Below are positions 19,763 through 29,956 of a stretch of DNA of 60,910 nt, piece by piece. The translations under genes and the position numbers were made by a program. This stretch comes from an uncultured Bacteroides sp. (lineage in GTDB: Bacteria > Bacteroidota > Bacteroidia > Bacteroidales > Muribaculaceae). Under the pieces are notes generated by a model. The model was not told the DNA's origin and made no database searches. It was given only the letters and a program-made list of their open reading frames with translations. Position 1 is the stretch's first letter. Every line of letters starts with the position of its first letter. The stretch lies in NCBI GenBank assembly GCA_964436925.1, contig CAYTFG010000002.1:1-60910 (forward strand). Reading direction: 5' to 3'.

Positions 19763-21190
19763 ATGAAGTATTTATCACTGTCAGTCTTGGCGCTCTTGAT
19801 GGCTTGTGGCGCTTGTAAACCTTCGGCACCAACAACTCCGCCGGCTGATACTGAAGACGAGGTTATTCTACATGCTTGGTCGTGGTCCTTTGAAACAATA
19901 GGTAACCACATGAAAGAAATTGCTGATGCCGGCTATGATTTTGTCCAGACATCTCCCGCACAAGCTTGCTTTGTCGGCGAAAATGGTGGCTTAGCGCTTT
20001 ATAGCGAGCCTGGCGACTCTGTTACCGGTAAATGGTATTATTACTATCAGCCCATCGATTGGACCGTTGGTAACTATCTTTTGGGCTCACGTGACCAATT
20101 AAAGGCTATGTGTGATTCCTCTAAGAAATATGGTGTCAAAGTTATTGTTGATGTGCTCCCCAACCACACTGCCGTTGATGACTCTGCAGTTCTTCCCGGA
20201 TTGGATAATGCAGTGGGTGGCCATGAAAATTTGTTCCATGCCAATGGCTTTACTCCAATTACCGAGTGGAACGACCGCTTGCAATGCACAACCGGTCAAA
20301 TGGGCGGTCTTCCCGATGTGAACACTGAGAATCCCGACTTCCAGCATTATTACCTCACTTATGTGAACGATTTGCTTTCGCTCGGCGTTAGAGGCTTCCG
20401 TTATGACACAGCCAAACACATAGGCCTTCCCAGCGACCCTCTGGACCCCAAGTCGGAGCGTAATAACTTCTGGGATGTCGTTACAGGACGCGAGGCTGTA
20501 AAAGGCTTAAAGTTGGCTTTGCCTGCCGACAGTCTATTTATCTATGGCGAAGTGCTTCAAGATAAAAATGTCAAGGAAAAAGAATATTCTGAATACATGA
20601 GCCTCACCGCAAGCAATTATGGCGGTGCTTTGCGTCATGCTCTCAATGAAGGCAATTTTAAAGTTGAAGACTTGCTGGATTGGCATCATCCCGCTGACCC
20701 TTCCAAGCTTGTAACTTGGGTTGAATCTCACGACACTTATTGCAACGAGCATGAGAGTGCCGGTATGACCGATGAACAGATACGCATGGGTTGGGTGCTT
20801 TTGGCAGCACGTCAACATGGCCGTCCGTTGTTCTTTAGCCGTCCTGCCGGTAGCACACGTGAAAATTATTGGGGTAATAACCGTGTTGGCGCAGCCGGAA
20901 ACGATGAATTTAAGCATCCTGAGGTCGTTGCCGCTAATAAGTTCCGTAAAGCCATGACCGGCTTGGCTGAAACAATCTATTCAAGTGATAACGGAGCGGT
21001 TGTTGAAGTGGCTCGCGGTAATAAGGGCGTCGCTCTCATTAATTTTACCAATAAAAATCAATCTGCTAATCTTGAAACAACATTGGCTGATGGTAAATAT
21101 GTCGATAAAGTCCACAATCAGACATTTGAAGTCTCTGACGGACACATCGTTGGAGAACTTCAACCGTTAACAAGCTACGTGATTTATTAG
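19763..21190 (+). CDS. Alpha-amylase lipoprotein, GH13 (AmyE-like, probably GH13_28)
   Basis: Lipoprotein signal (LMACGAC); ILHAWSWSF, GYDFVQTSP, VDVLPNH, GFRYDTAKH, YGEVLQ, LVTWVESHDTY, LFFSRP. Confidence 0.9.
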   Translation: MKYLSLSVLALLMACGACKPSAPTTPPADTEDEVILHAWSWSFETIGNHMKEIADAGYDFVQTSPAQACFVGENGGLALYSEPGDSVTGKWYYYYQPIDWTVGNYLLGSRDQLKAMCDSSKKYGVKVIVDVLPNHTAVDDSAVLPGLDNAVGGHENLFHANGFTPITEWNDRLQCTTGQMGGLPDVNTENPDFQHYYLTYVNDLLSLGVRGFRYDTAKHIGLPSDPLDPKSERNNFWDVVTGREAVKGLKLALPADSLFIYGEVLQDKNVKEKEYSEYMSLTASNYGGALRHALNEGNFKVEDLLDWHHPADPSKLVTWVESHDTYCNEHESAGMTDEQIRMGWVLLAARQHGRPLFFSRPAGSTRENYWGNNRVGAAGNDEFKHPEVVAANKFRKAMTGLAETIYSSDNGAVVEVARGNKGVALINFTNKNQSANLETTLADGKYVDKVHNQTFEVSDGHIVGELQPLTSYVIY

Positions 21191-21217
21191 TATTCTATCA
21201 GTCAAATTAATATTGAA

Positions 21218-21265
21218 CAAAAAGGGCGCCAACCCGCTGTTAGAGCGGTTTTTGGCGCCCTTTTG
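21218..21265 (+). terminator. Intrinsic terminator of the amylase gene
   Basis: aaaagggcgccaa...ttggcgcccttttg stem. Confidence 0.8.
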
Positions 21266-21479
21266 AGGTAAAATATGTTGGCTATTTATGTTGTATAGCA
21301 TGAAAAAATAAGTGTAAAATATTTAACATAGTTTAGTAATTCGTTATTTTATTATTTAATTGCGAATTTCCCTTTCAGATTAAAAGTTAACGGCCAAAGA
21401 AGATAGAAACTTTTACCAATTAACTATTTTTTGTAGCAAAATGACAAAAAAGCCCTACGGCAGGCCTCTTGACAAAAGT

Positions 21480-21510
21480 TTTGAAAGATAAAAAATTCGA
21501 ATTAACTTTG
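21480..21510 (+). promoter_or_regulatory. Consensus sigmaA promoter with no downstream ORF
   Basis: TTTG - N19 - TAACTTTG. Confidence 0.7.
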
Positions 21511-21514
21511 TGTA

Positions 21515-21694
21515 TCAAAAATTGATTTCCAATCTAGTTAACCGGAAAAATTTTTAAACCAGACCTAACGCAAAAAATTGATAAAAAGATACTAAAGCTT
21601 TTCATAATAAAATAATTTGGAATAGACATATAAATCTAACATTAAGTACTATGTGTAAGAGAATAAAGGATTGCCGCGATGGCAATCCTTTATT
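21515..21694 (+). ncRNA. Putative stand-alone small RNA (~180 nt)
   Basis: Bounded by a consensus promoter and a perfect 14-bp terminator stem; no credible ORF; the next gene has its own promoter. Confidence 0.5.
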
Positions 21695-21698
21695 ATTT
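21662..21698 (+). terminator. Intrinsic terminator
   Basis: aataaaggattgcc-gcgat-ggcaatcctttatt perfect stem. Confidence 0.85.
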
Positions 21699-21825
21699 AG
21701 TATGCTTTGTTACCATTTACTTGACTTTTAATGAATTGTTGCGGTTTCGTTAAATTTTTAATTTGGATATTTAACTGAAACAAGCTAACTTTGCCAAAAA
21801 CTTGACCTCTTTTAATTTTATTTTC

Positions 21826-23658
21826 ATGTATAGACTTTATAAGTACATTTCGGTCGCACTTTTACTGCTGTTTTCAGCTGCTTTTCTTACCGCTGAAAAT
21901 CTTCCCACAACGACCGTAAACGGCAAGAAATACTACTACTATGATGTTAAACCCAGTGAAACCATCTATTCGATTTCTCAGCGATTGGGAATATCACGAG
22001 ATGATATCATCAAATACAATCCCACGGTGAGTGACGGATTGAAGGCTTATACGACACTTTATTTCCCCGTTGATGAAATTACTCCCGTGCAGGGTGAATA
22101 TAATGGCTCTACAATTGAGCATAAGGTCAAAAAAAATGAAACAATTTATGGCCTCAGCAAGCAATATAACACCACTACCGAAGCTATTATCGCGCTAAAT
22201 CCCTCGGCTCGCGACGGTATTAAAAAGGGCGATAAATTGATTATCCCCGTTTCGGAGGATAATGCCAAAGCTTCGACAAAGAAAACAACTAAGAGCACCA
22301 ATAAAAATACTGCCGACTTCTATGCCGTGCAGAAGGGTGATTCATTCTATGGCATAGCCCGTAATCATGATATGAGCGTAGAAGAACTTGCAGCTCTCAA
22401 TGCCGATGTAAATCCCACCGAAATACGCGAGGGCCAATTGCTCCGTATTCGTGAAGATGCCCCGGAGGTTATTAGTCAGCACCCCGGTAGCGATTATGTT
22501 CTTCACGTAAATCCACCTGTTACATTCGCTCCGGTGGATTCAACGGTTGCTCCTGAAGAGTCTGCAACTGTGCGCGAAAGCAAGCCTCTAAGCATCGTTC
22601 TCATGCTCCCGTTTATGCTTAATGAAGAAAAACAAAGCAAGCAAACACAGTTGCTCACCGACTTCTACAAAGGTTTCCTTATTGCTGCCGACACTTTGAG
22701 CCATGTGGGCGCTCCTGTGAAAATTACCGCATTGGATACTGAGGGTAGCCTCGCACGTGTCAATACTTTGTTGCTACGTGATGACGTCAAAAATGCTTCT
22801 GTAATCCTAGGCCCTGAAGATGAGGCTCAGTTGGCCGCTATTGCAAATCATAGCAAAGAATATGGTACTTACGTGTTCAATATCTTCAACATCAAAGATG
22901 AAAGTTATGCCGCTAATCCTTTTATGATTCAAGGCAATATTGACCGTCTCAGTATGTACAAGAAAGCCATTGAAGCTCTTTCCAAGCGATTCAGCGATTA
23001 CACATTGGTTATCCTTCAACGCACAAATGGCAAGAATGAAAAAGCTGAATTTGTGTCAGAAGTGAAGAAAGCTTACGATTTACTCGGTAAAAAGTATATC
23101 GAAATCAATTATTCCGAGACATTGCGTCAAGCCGACCTCTCGTCGCTCTCAACTGATGGCAAATATGTATTCCTCCCCAATTCCGGTACATCTGCCGAAT
23201 TTGGCAAGTTTGAACATGCAGTGCGTGTGTTCAAAGATAAGAACTTATTGCCCGACAATGTTCAGCTCTTTGGCTATCCTGACTGGAGTGCTTTCCGTGG
23301 TGACCGTTTGGAGCAATTACATCGCATAAATACAACCATTTTCTCGCGTTTCTATGACGAGACCGGCGATTATCGCTCTCGCAACCTCACCGACGCATTT
23401 ACTCGTTGGTATGGTACCCCGATGATGGATGTTGTTCCCAAACAAGGCCTTTTGGGCTTCGATGTGGGCACTTTCCTCATTCGTGCATTGCGCCTAAGCA
23501 ACGGCGATTTCTCACCGACAAGCACTACTGTAAATGGCGTACAGTCGTCATTCAGCTTTGCTCGTAACGATGCTGACGCTACCCAAGGATTTGTCAATCG
23601 TAATATCTACATTGTCAACTTCCGCCCCGAAAACATCATTTACAAAGAAATTGAATAG
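21826..23658 (+). CDS. LysM x3 + periplasmic-binding-protein type 1 domain protein
   Basis: Signal peptide; YDVKPSETIYSIS, HKVKKNETIYGLS, YAVQKGDSFYGIA LysM repeats; IVLMLPF...DFYKGFLIA domain; promoter TTTG-N20-TAACTTTG at 21762-21793. Confidence 0.88.
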   Translation: MYRLYKYISVALLLLFSAAFLTAENLPTTTVNGKKYYYYDVKPSETIYSISQRLGISRDDIIKYNPTVSDGLKAYTTLYFPVDEITPVQGEYNGSTIEHKVKKNETIYGLSKQYNTTTEAIIALNPSARDGIKKGDKLIIPVSEDNAKASTKKTTKSTNKNTADFYAVQKGDSFYGIARNHDMSVEELAALNADVNPTEIREGQLLRIREDAPEVISQHPGSDYVLHVNPPVTFAPVDSTVAPEESATVRESKPLSIVLMLPFMLNEEKQSKQTQLLTDFYKGFLIAADTLSHVGAPVKITALDTEGSLARVNTLLLRDDVKNASVILGPEDEAQLAAIANHSKEYGTYVFNIFNIKDESYAANPFMIQGNIDRLSMYKKAIEALSKRFSDYTLVILQRTNGKNEKAEFVSEVKKAYDLLGKKYIEINYSETLRQADLSSLSTDGKYVFLPNSGTSAEFGKFEHAVRVFKDKNLLPDNVQLFGYPDWSAFRGDRLEQLHRINTTIFSRFYDETGDYRSRNLTDAFTRWYGTPMMDVVPKQGLLGFDVGTFLIRALRLSNGDFSPTSTTVNGVQSSFSFARNDADATQGFVNRNIYIVNFRPENIIYKEIE

Positions 23659-23672
23659 CCCCAACGACTAGC

Positions 23673-24353
23673 ATGCTAAAGAAAATCCTCATAATATTAG
23701 CTTTTACTCTCTCACTCAACGCCTATGCTGAAACCCACTATAAGCCGCACATCTCGGTGGGCGCCAAAGCCGGTGTCACAATGTCTAAGGTGTCTTTCTC
23801 GCCAAGCGTTAAGCAAGGTTGGCAAATGGGGGAGATGGGCGGTATAACCGTTCGTTACGCCGAAGAAAAGCTTGTGGGCATTATTGCCGAACTGAACTTT
23901 GAACAACGTGGTTGGAAAGAAGACTATGAGGAGTATCCATTTTCTTATAGCCGTACACTCAATTACATTCAGTTGCCCATCATGACTCATATAACCTTTG
24001 GCGCTCCGCGCTCTAAGTTCTTCTTTAATTTGGGCCCTGAATTTGGCTACATGATTGGCAGTAGCATTAGTTCAAACTTTGATTACAACAATGTTGGCTC
24101 AGTCGAAAATTTCCCCATTTATAACCGTATGACCGAGCAGCTCACCACCGAAGTTACCGGAAAATTTGATTACGGTATTTCTGCCGGATTTGGTTTTGAA
24201 TTCTTTGTTCAGCCACAGCACTCGGTAAATCTCGAATGTCGCTATTACTACGGCTTGGGTAACATTTTCCCGTCAAGCAAGCGTGATACCTTTGGTGCAT
24301 CGCGCACGATGTCGCTAATGGTAAATCTCGGATATTACTTCCGCCTCAAGTAG
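23673..24353 (+). CDS. Outer membrane beta-barrel (porin/PorT-like family)
   Basis: Signal peptide; LNYIQLPIM, NLGPEFGY, ECRYYYGL; aromatic C-terminal strand. Confidence 0.85.
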   Translation: MLKKILIILAFTLSLNAYAETHYKPHISVGAKAGVTMSKVSFSPSVKQGWQMGEMGGITVRYAEEKLVGIIAELNFEQRGWKEDYEEYPFSYSRTLNYIQLPIMTHITFGAPRSKFFFNLGPEFGYMIGSSISSNFDYNNVGSVENFPIYNRMTEQLTTEVTGKFDYGISAGFGFEFFVQPQHSVNLECRYYYGLGNIFPSSKRDTFGASRTMSLMVNLGYYFRLK

Positions 24354-24378
24354 ACAATCAATAAAATCATATAAAGAT

Positions 24379-24427
24379 AGCGAGCGCTGAGCAGGTCACC
24401 ACCTCTCATTGCTCGCTCCCTTTTTTT
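24379..24427 (+). terminator. Terminator between convergent genes
   Basis: agcgagc...gctcgct stem followed by a T-tract. Confidence 0.7.
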
Positions 24428-24431
24428 ATTA

Positions 24432-26933
24432 TTATTTGCGAGTTGCGTCCAAGTCGTTGTTCTTGATAGCAACTTTAGTCTTCTTTACCGAGGCGTTGAG
24501 GTCGCCAAATCGGTAACTAATACTAATCGAAATGGTTCTACCTGCATAAGAAATGTGGTCTTCATAATCGGTGTATGTTGGATTATAAGTGTGGTATATA
24601 TAGTGCTTTTTGTTGGGACCAAAAATATTATTTGCAGATAAAGTTGTAGAAAGACGCATATCTTTAAGGAAATTACGTGTTATATAAAATCCGTAAGAAA
24701 TATTGTCGGCGCGACTATCGGTGTATGTATATACATTGCGAAGATTTCCGGAACTCCATGATGCCCATACTGAGAGAGATAACCACCAAGGTAGGCGTTG
24801 GCGCACATTAAGGTATGGCGTGACATCCCAAAGGTCACGGCTCAAAATTTTAGCTCCGAGAGTGGCACTTTCCGGTTGCTCTCTATAGGTGTAGCTTGAT
24901 GATAAGTTGAACATGACTGATGTCTTACTACTTAAATTCCATCGTAGATATAATCCTAAATAGCCAACACGCTTTACGCCTAGATTTTCCTTTGTTGTGT
25001 GCACAATTCCGTTCTCGTCAGCCCAACGGATAGATGTGACGTTGTTGTCTACAAACCGTCCTGAAAGCGTGGCATCAATGTATATTTTACTTTTAAATAC
25101 TGAATAGTTTAGGCTAACGTTATTATTAGCAACGCTATTAAGATGGTCATTGCCTTGAGATTCAAATAGTGGTGAATGATTTATGGATGGGTCAAGGTCT
25201 CCAATTGACGGACGTTTAATACTGCGGTTATAACTGAGCTTAAATGTGCTTGCGTCATTATAATCGTATGAAATAGCTACGTTTGGAGCAAAATCATTAA
25301 GATTAACGGCATATTTACTCTTCTCTGATGAAGCTTCTTTGAACTCCGCGCTAAGATGTGAGTACTCGTAGCGTATTCCGGCGCGAGCGGTGAGCTTTTT
25401 CCATTTAAATCGATAGTCTGTATAAACGGCTGCTATTGTTGTTCGGTGTGTAAAGTCATTGTGCGACGTTAGGTCATCGTCGCCGGCGTAGATATAGTCA
25501 GATAGTGCATGGTTATTACGAAAGATTGCCTTTGCTCCTATGTCTAATTTGTGCATAGACCCAAATCTTCGAGTCCAATCGGCTTGAATTGTGTGCTCTA
25601 TGTAATTTAGCTTATCGCTATTATCTACTGCTGAATAGTTGAATAGGTCAAACTCAGGTGCGGCAACATATTTGTCAAAAAATTCAGTTTTGTTTGAATT
25701 TTTCTGGTCGGTATTTGATATCATGTAGCTAAGGGTATATGCTTCACCCTTGCGGTGAGTCGAACGCTGATAATTAAAGCTGCCGTTTATGCTTGTATAA
25801 TTAGTTTTGTTCCCATTGGCCAGCTTTTGACTGTAGGATAATAAGCGGGTGCCATCAACTCCATATCGTGAAGTTTGAACATTGCTGATAGCGTTTATCA
25901 TTCGATAATCTACTCCATCAAGTTCAACGGTGAAAAGATTAAGTGAATCAGGTTCCCAACTCGCTTCAATGTTAGCCCAAGGATATTTTGATGGAGAGTA
26001 GGAATCTGCATAATATTCGTCGCGTGTGCCATCGTTGTATGTTGTTTCTCTGGCGGTTGAAAAGTGCTCAAATTCGTTTTTGCGATTGTATTTGTAGCCC
26101 ACTGATGCTGACATCGTTACTTTATTTAGTTGTGTGGTAAAGTAGATTACTGGAGTAGGAATGTTTGTAGGTAGCATAGTCCAATCCAGTGTTGCTGTAC
26201 CTAGTATCCCTTTTATTATACTTTTGTGGTCGGTAACGATGTTTAAAATTGCTGATGAGCCTTCTGCGTCCTCTCTAGCCCCGGGGTCGGTAATCACTTC
26301 AATGCTACGAATAGTTGATGCCGGTATGGCAGTAAATATATCCTTGGCATTTTTCTCGTAATTATTATTCGGATGTCCGTTTTTGTAAATTTTAAAATCG
26401 CTTGAACCTTTGACTAGGATGTTCCCGTTAGCATCTACTGTCACCATTGGAACTTTTCTTAAAATCTCACGAAGATTTGTCGTGATTGCATCAGGATCTG
26501 CTGCTACATCATATGCAATTCGGTCTATTTCACGATGAACTAATGGCCGTTGTGCTTCAACTACAATTTCATTGAGGTTATTATCAGTATCATTTAGGAT
26601 TAGAGTCCCTAAATTTACATCCGGAGTGTTGTCGGTTACTTCAAATGCGTGAGATTTTGCTGACTTGTTTACAGCAGCAACTACGATTTGGTATTTCCCG
26701 GCTTGTTTTAGCTGTTGGCTCAGTTGCCCGTTATCATTTGTTGTACACATTGCTACCGGGTTTATTGAGTCTGAAACGCTATATATGCGAACGGTTGCAA
26801 ACATTTCCGGGCTGCCGATGGAGTCAGTTACTATTGCTGATACGCTATATTTTTCGGAGGCTGATGCTATGAATGGAAATGTAATAACAATAAATAGTGC
26901 TATGATTTTTAATGCAAGAAATGTTGTTTTCAT
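24432..26933 (-). CDS. TonB-dependent-receptor-like outer membrane beta-barrel protein
   Basis: Signal peptide, carboxypeptidase-regulatory-like domain, ILRKVPMVTVD...IEVITDPGAREDAEG plug, RAGIRYEYS, ISYRFG C-terminus. Confidence 0.85.
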   Translation of the reverse strand: MKTTFLALKIIALFIVITFPFIASASEKYSVSAIVTDSIGSPEMFATVRIYSVSDSINPVAMCTTNDNGQLSQQLKQAGKYQIVVAAVNKSAKSHAFEVTDNTPDVNLGTLILNDTDNNLNEIVVEAQRPLVHREIDRIAYDVAADPDAITTNLREILRKVPMVTVDANGNILVKGSSDFKIYKNGHPNNNYEKNAKDIFTAIPASTIRSIEVITDPGAREDAEGSSAILNIVTDHKSIIKGILGTATLDWTMLPTNIPTPVIYFTTQLNKVTMSASVGYKYNRKNEFEHFSTARETTYNDGTRDEYYADSYSPSKYPWANIEASWEPDSLNLFTVELDGVDYRMINAISNVQTSRYGVDGTRLLSYSQKLANGNKTNYTSINGSFNYQRSTHRKGEAYTLSYMISNTDQKNSNKTEFFDKYVAAPEFDLFNYSAVDNSDKLNYIEHTIQADWTRRFGSMHKLDIGAKAIFRNNHALSDYIYAGDDDLTSHNDFTHRTTIAAVYTDYRFKWKKLTARAGIRYEYSHLSAEFKEASSEKSKYAVNLNDFAPNVAISYDYNDASTFKLSYNRSIKRPSIGDLDPSINHSPLFESQGNDHLNSVANNNVSLNYSVFKSKIYIDATLSGRFVDNNVTSIRWADENGIVHTTKENLGVKRVGYLGLYLRWNLSSKTSVMFNLSSSYTYREQPESATLGAKILSRDLWDVTPYLNVRQRLPWWLSLSVWASWSSGNLRNVYTYTDSRADNISYGFYITRNFLKDMRLSTTLSANNIFGPNKKHYIYHTYNPTYTDYEDHISYAGRTISISISYRFGDLNASVKKTKVAIKNNDLDATRK

Positions 26934-27055
26934 GAAGTTAGGATTGGAATTGTGAATTATAAATAATATGTTTGCAAATTTAAGTAAATTATATTTATTA
27001 AAATGGGCGTTCTGAAAAAAAACAGTTAAAATATATTAACTGCGGTGTGCTTTTG

Positions 27056-27853
27056 TTATTTTGAGGTGGAGGAGGGGACTACAAATGCGCTGAATTCCCA
27101 TAGCGCGTATAGCGGGAGGAACACAGCGAAGAGGGTGAACGGGTCGCCTGTGGGGGTTATAAATGCAGCGAGAATGAGGAGTGCTACGATTGCGTGGCGG
27201 CGGAAATGCGAAAAGAATTTCTTGGTGAGAAATCCCATTTTACCGAGAAGCCATGCCACCAGCGGTAGCTCAAAGACGATGCCCATCATGAGTATCATGG
27301 TGAAAAAGTTGTCCATATAGGAATCCAAGGAAATGGTATTAGGGATGGCGTCGCTCAAGTGGTAATCTGCGAGGAAGCGCAATGCAAGTGGGAAAACAAG
27401 GAAATAACCGGTTGCCAAACCCACGTAAAACATGATGTTGCCAAAGAAAAAGGCTTTGCGCACGCCTCGTTTCTCGTTTTCGTATAGTCCCGGACTGATA
27501 AATGTCCATAGAAGGTATATGATGATGGGAAATGCAATGACGGCTGCGGTCCAGCATGATGCCGACATGTGCACAAAAAATTGTGACGCCAGTTGGATGT
27601 TGATGAGGTCAACATGAAAAGTAGTGTGGGAGAGCCCGAGTGAAAAGATACTGTTGTTATTGATGTAGTCTAGGAGCTTGTATAGCGGGAAGTCGGCATT
27701 GCATGGTGCCAATATCACTGCATCGAAGATGTGAGGCATGGCAATAAATGCCGCTATGCCCAGCACGGCTATAACTATAACGATGCGCCAAATTACACTT
27801 CGAAGGTCATCGAGGTGGCTCCAAAAGCTCTTTTCTGTATCTTGGGTTGACAC
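27056..27853 (-). CDS. tatC: Twin-arginine translocase TatC
   Basis: SFWSHLDDLR, FISPGLYENE, FELP, AAFITPTGDPFTL, LWEFS. Confidence 0.95.
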   Translation of the reverse strand: MSTQDTEKSFWSHLDDLRSVIWRIVIVIAVLGIAAFIAMPHIFDAVILAPCNADFPLYKLLDYINNNSIFSLGLSHTTFHVDLINIQLASQFFVHMSASCWTAAVIAFPIIIYLLWTFISPGLYENEKRGVRKAFFFGNIMFYVGLATGYFLVFPLALRFLADYHLSDAIPNTISLDSYMDNFFTMILMMGIVFELPLVAWLLGKMGFLTKKFFSHFRRHAIVALLILAAFITPTGDPFTLFAVFLPLYALWEFSAFVVPSSTSK

Positions 27854-27862
27854 AATGAGTCG

Positions 27863-28114
27863 TTATTTCTTTTCTTTGTCAGTTTCTTGGGCGCTGTCTT
27901 TAGATTCTTCTTTGGTCTCGTTGAGTGTGCGGTTGTATTCGCGCTTGGCTTCATCAATGCCTTGCTTGAAACTGGCAGCACCACGACCAAGGTTGCGCAT
28001 GATTTCGGGAATCTTTTTGCCGCCGAAAAGCAGTAAAATGACGATGAGGATGATGATGGGTTGCCAACCTCTCATGTTGCCCAGGAATGCTGATATAAAA
28101 AGAATGTGGTTCAT
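27863..28114 (-). CDS. tatA: Twin-arginine translocase TatA/E
   Basis: TM helix then LLFGGKKIPEIMRNLGRG..SFK. Confidence 0.93.
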   Translation of the reverse strand: MNHILFISAFLGNMRGWQPIIILIVILLLFGGKKIPEIMRNLGRGAASFKQGIDEAKREYNRTLNETKEESKDSAQETDKEKK

Positions 28115-28502
28115 GTCTTATTATGAGGTTTTATGATGTTTAGAAATGTAAAATTACATAATTTCTATGTAATTTCAGTGTGAAAAGCGATTAAAATTGG
28201 TCTTAGGGTATTGCCAAGTTAACATTATTCAGTATATTTGTAGCGAAAATCAGTAATTGTTAAGTATTATTTAAAAGATTGGCAATGGTAAGCTATTGGA
28301 ATAGTAAAGATTGTTTGCTATGTAAAATGTGAATCCAACTAATTGTAATACAAATTATTATGATGCTAAAATGTGGTAATTTTGCCGCCGAAAGTACTGA
28401 ATAAACAGCTGATTTGTCATAATTAACAATTGATAATACTCGGAGCCTTAAAGCAGTGCAAATCCCGAGTGAAAACTTGAAACACAAAAAAATCACATAA
28501 CA

Positions 28503-29738
28503 ATGAATGAAATTGCTGCTAGCGAAAGCTTAAAAAAACGTGCACGTTATGCCGTTGTTGCGCTGTTCTTGGCGCAGGGGCTATGCTTCTCAAGTTGGGC
28601 AAGCCGCATCCCCGATGTTAAAGCTATATTTGTAGCCAATCTTAATGCGTTCTCTTTTTGGGCAACGCTGTTATCAATTATTCCGGTTGGCAAGTTTATC
28701 GCCATCCCGTTGGCTGGCTTCCTTGTTTCTAAATTCAGTAGCCGCGTATTGGTGCAATTAAGTGTGCTGGGTTACGCGCTATCGTTGTTTGCAATTGGTC
28801 TGTCCACAAGTGTTTATGCATTGGCTCCGGCAATGTTTTGCTTTGGCGTATTTTGGAACTTGTGTGACATCTCTCTAAATACCCAAGCCATCGGTATTGA
28901 ACGCCTGTTTGGACGTCCCATTATGGCCACATTCCACGGCACATGGAGCGTGGGCGCTTGCCTTGGCGCATTGATAGGCTTCTTGATGATTGTGGCAGGC
29001 GTGAGCCCTATGGCCCATTTTACCGGCATCGCAGTCTTTATTGCAGTCTTGGTATTGTTGAGCCGTCGCCATTTGCGCAACGAAGCTCCCGAAGAGAAAG
29101 CACAGACAGCCGAAGGAGAAGAACAACCCAAGAAGTCTTCAGTATGGCTTGATTTCTTGCGTCGTCCCGAAATGTTGCTTATCCAGCTCGGCGTCATGGG
29201 CTTGTTTGCTCTTGTCGTTGAAAGCGCGATGTTTGACTGGAGCGGTGTATATTTCAATGCCGTATTGAAAGTGCCAAGTTCGTTGCAAATCGGATTCTTG
29301 GTGTTCATGGTGATGATGGCTATCGGCCGTTTCTTGACCAATTGGGCGTATGGTAAGCTTGGTAAAAAGCGTGTGCTCCAAGTCGCAGGCTTCTTCATCT
29401 TTGCAGGCTTCTTTATTGCTGCATTGGGTGGCGTGCTTGACGGAATGTTGCTCAAAGTGATTGTAACCTCATTTGGCTTCATGCTTGTCGGACTAGGTAT
29501 ATCATGTATGGTGCCGACAATTTACAGCTTTGTGGGCGATAAATCACGCCTCCCGGTGGGCGTTGCTTTGACAATACTCTCAAGCATCAGCTTCATCGGC
29601 TCATTAATTGCACCAACTCTTATCGGTAATATTGCCCAATATTTTGACATGAAATATGCTTATATGTTTGTCGGAGTCCTAGGCTTGGCAATATGGTTGA
29701 TGTCAACATTCTGCAACGCATTTAAGAGCAAGAACTAG
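28503..29738 (+). CDS. MFS transporter (YbjJ-like)
   Basis: About 12 TM helices; WASRIP, DISLNTQA, MATFHG.WS.G, FDWSGVY. Confidence 0.88.
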   Translation: MNEIAASESLKKRARYAVVALFLAQGLCFSSWASRIPDVKAIFVANLNAFSFWATLLSIIPVGKFIAIPLAGFLVSKFSSRVLVQLSVLGYALSLFAIGLSTSVYALAPAMFCFGVFWNLCDISLNTQAIGIERLFGRPIMATFHGTWSVGACLGALIGFLMIVAGVSPMAHFTGIAVFIAVLVLLSRRHLRNEAPEEKAQTAEGEEQPKKSSVWLDFLRRPEMLLIQLGVMGLFALVVESAMFDWSGVYFNAVLKVPSSLQIGFLVFMVMMAIGRFLTNWAYGKLGKKRVLQVAGFFIFAGFFIAALGGVLDGMLLKVIVTSFGFMLVGLGISCMVPTIYSFVGDKSRLPVGVALTILSSISFIGSLIAPTLIGNIAQYFDMKYAYMFVGVLGLAIWLMSTFCNAFKSKN

Positions 29739-29760
29739 TATTTGCTTCTAACACGATATT

Positions 29761-29828
29761 TAAGACCGCTTTACTTTTAACTACGCACACCACAGTCTGC
29801 GTCGTTAAGGTAAAGTGGTCTTATTTTG
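29761..29828 (+). terminator. Long stem-loop terminator after the MFS gene
   Basis: taagaccgctttac...gtaaagtggtctta followed by tttt. Confidence 0.7.
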
Positions 29829-29956
29829 TACGCTAACACAATTGGGGAGATTTGAAAAAAAAGTAATGAAAATTACACAAAATGTAAAACACACTTGTCT
29901 ATTAGAAAAATATTATTTACATTTGTGCCAATCAAAATACTAAATAATTTAAGCAC

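Noticed and set aside
21534-21605. 23-aa minus-strand ORF MKSFSIFLSIFCVRSGLKIFPVN (possible type I toxin opposite the sRNA)
   Set aside because: No minus-strand promoter seen and the hydrophobic stretch is too short; the plus-strand promoter and terminator explain the region better, though it is not fully excluded
27056-28114. Missing tatB as an anomaly
   Set aside because: Minimal TatAC systems are normal in Bacteroidetes
28377-28502. Possible riboswitch in the MFS leader (actcgg...ccgagt stem)
   Set aside because: Does not match the TPP, SAM-II, fluoride or preQ1 consensus that I can recognise; only one short stem
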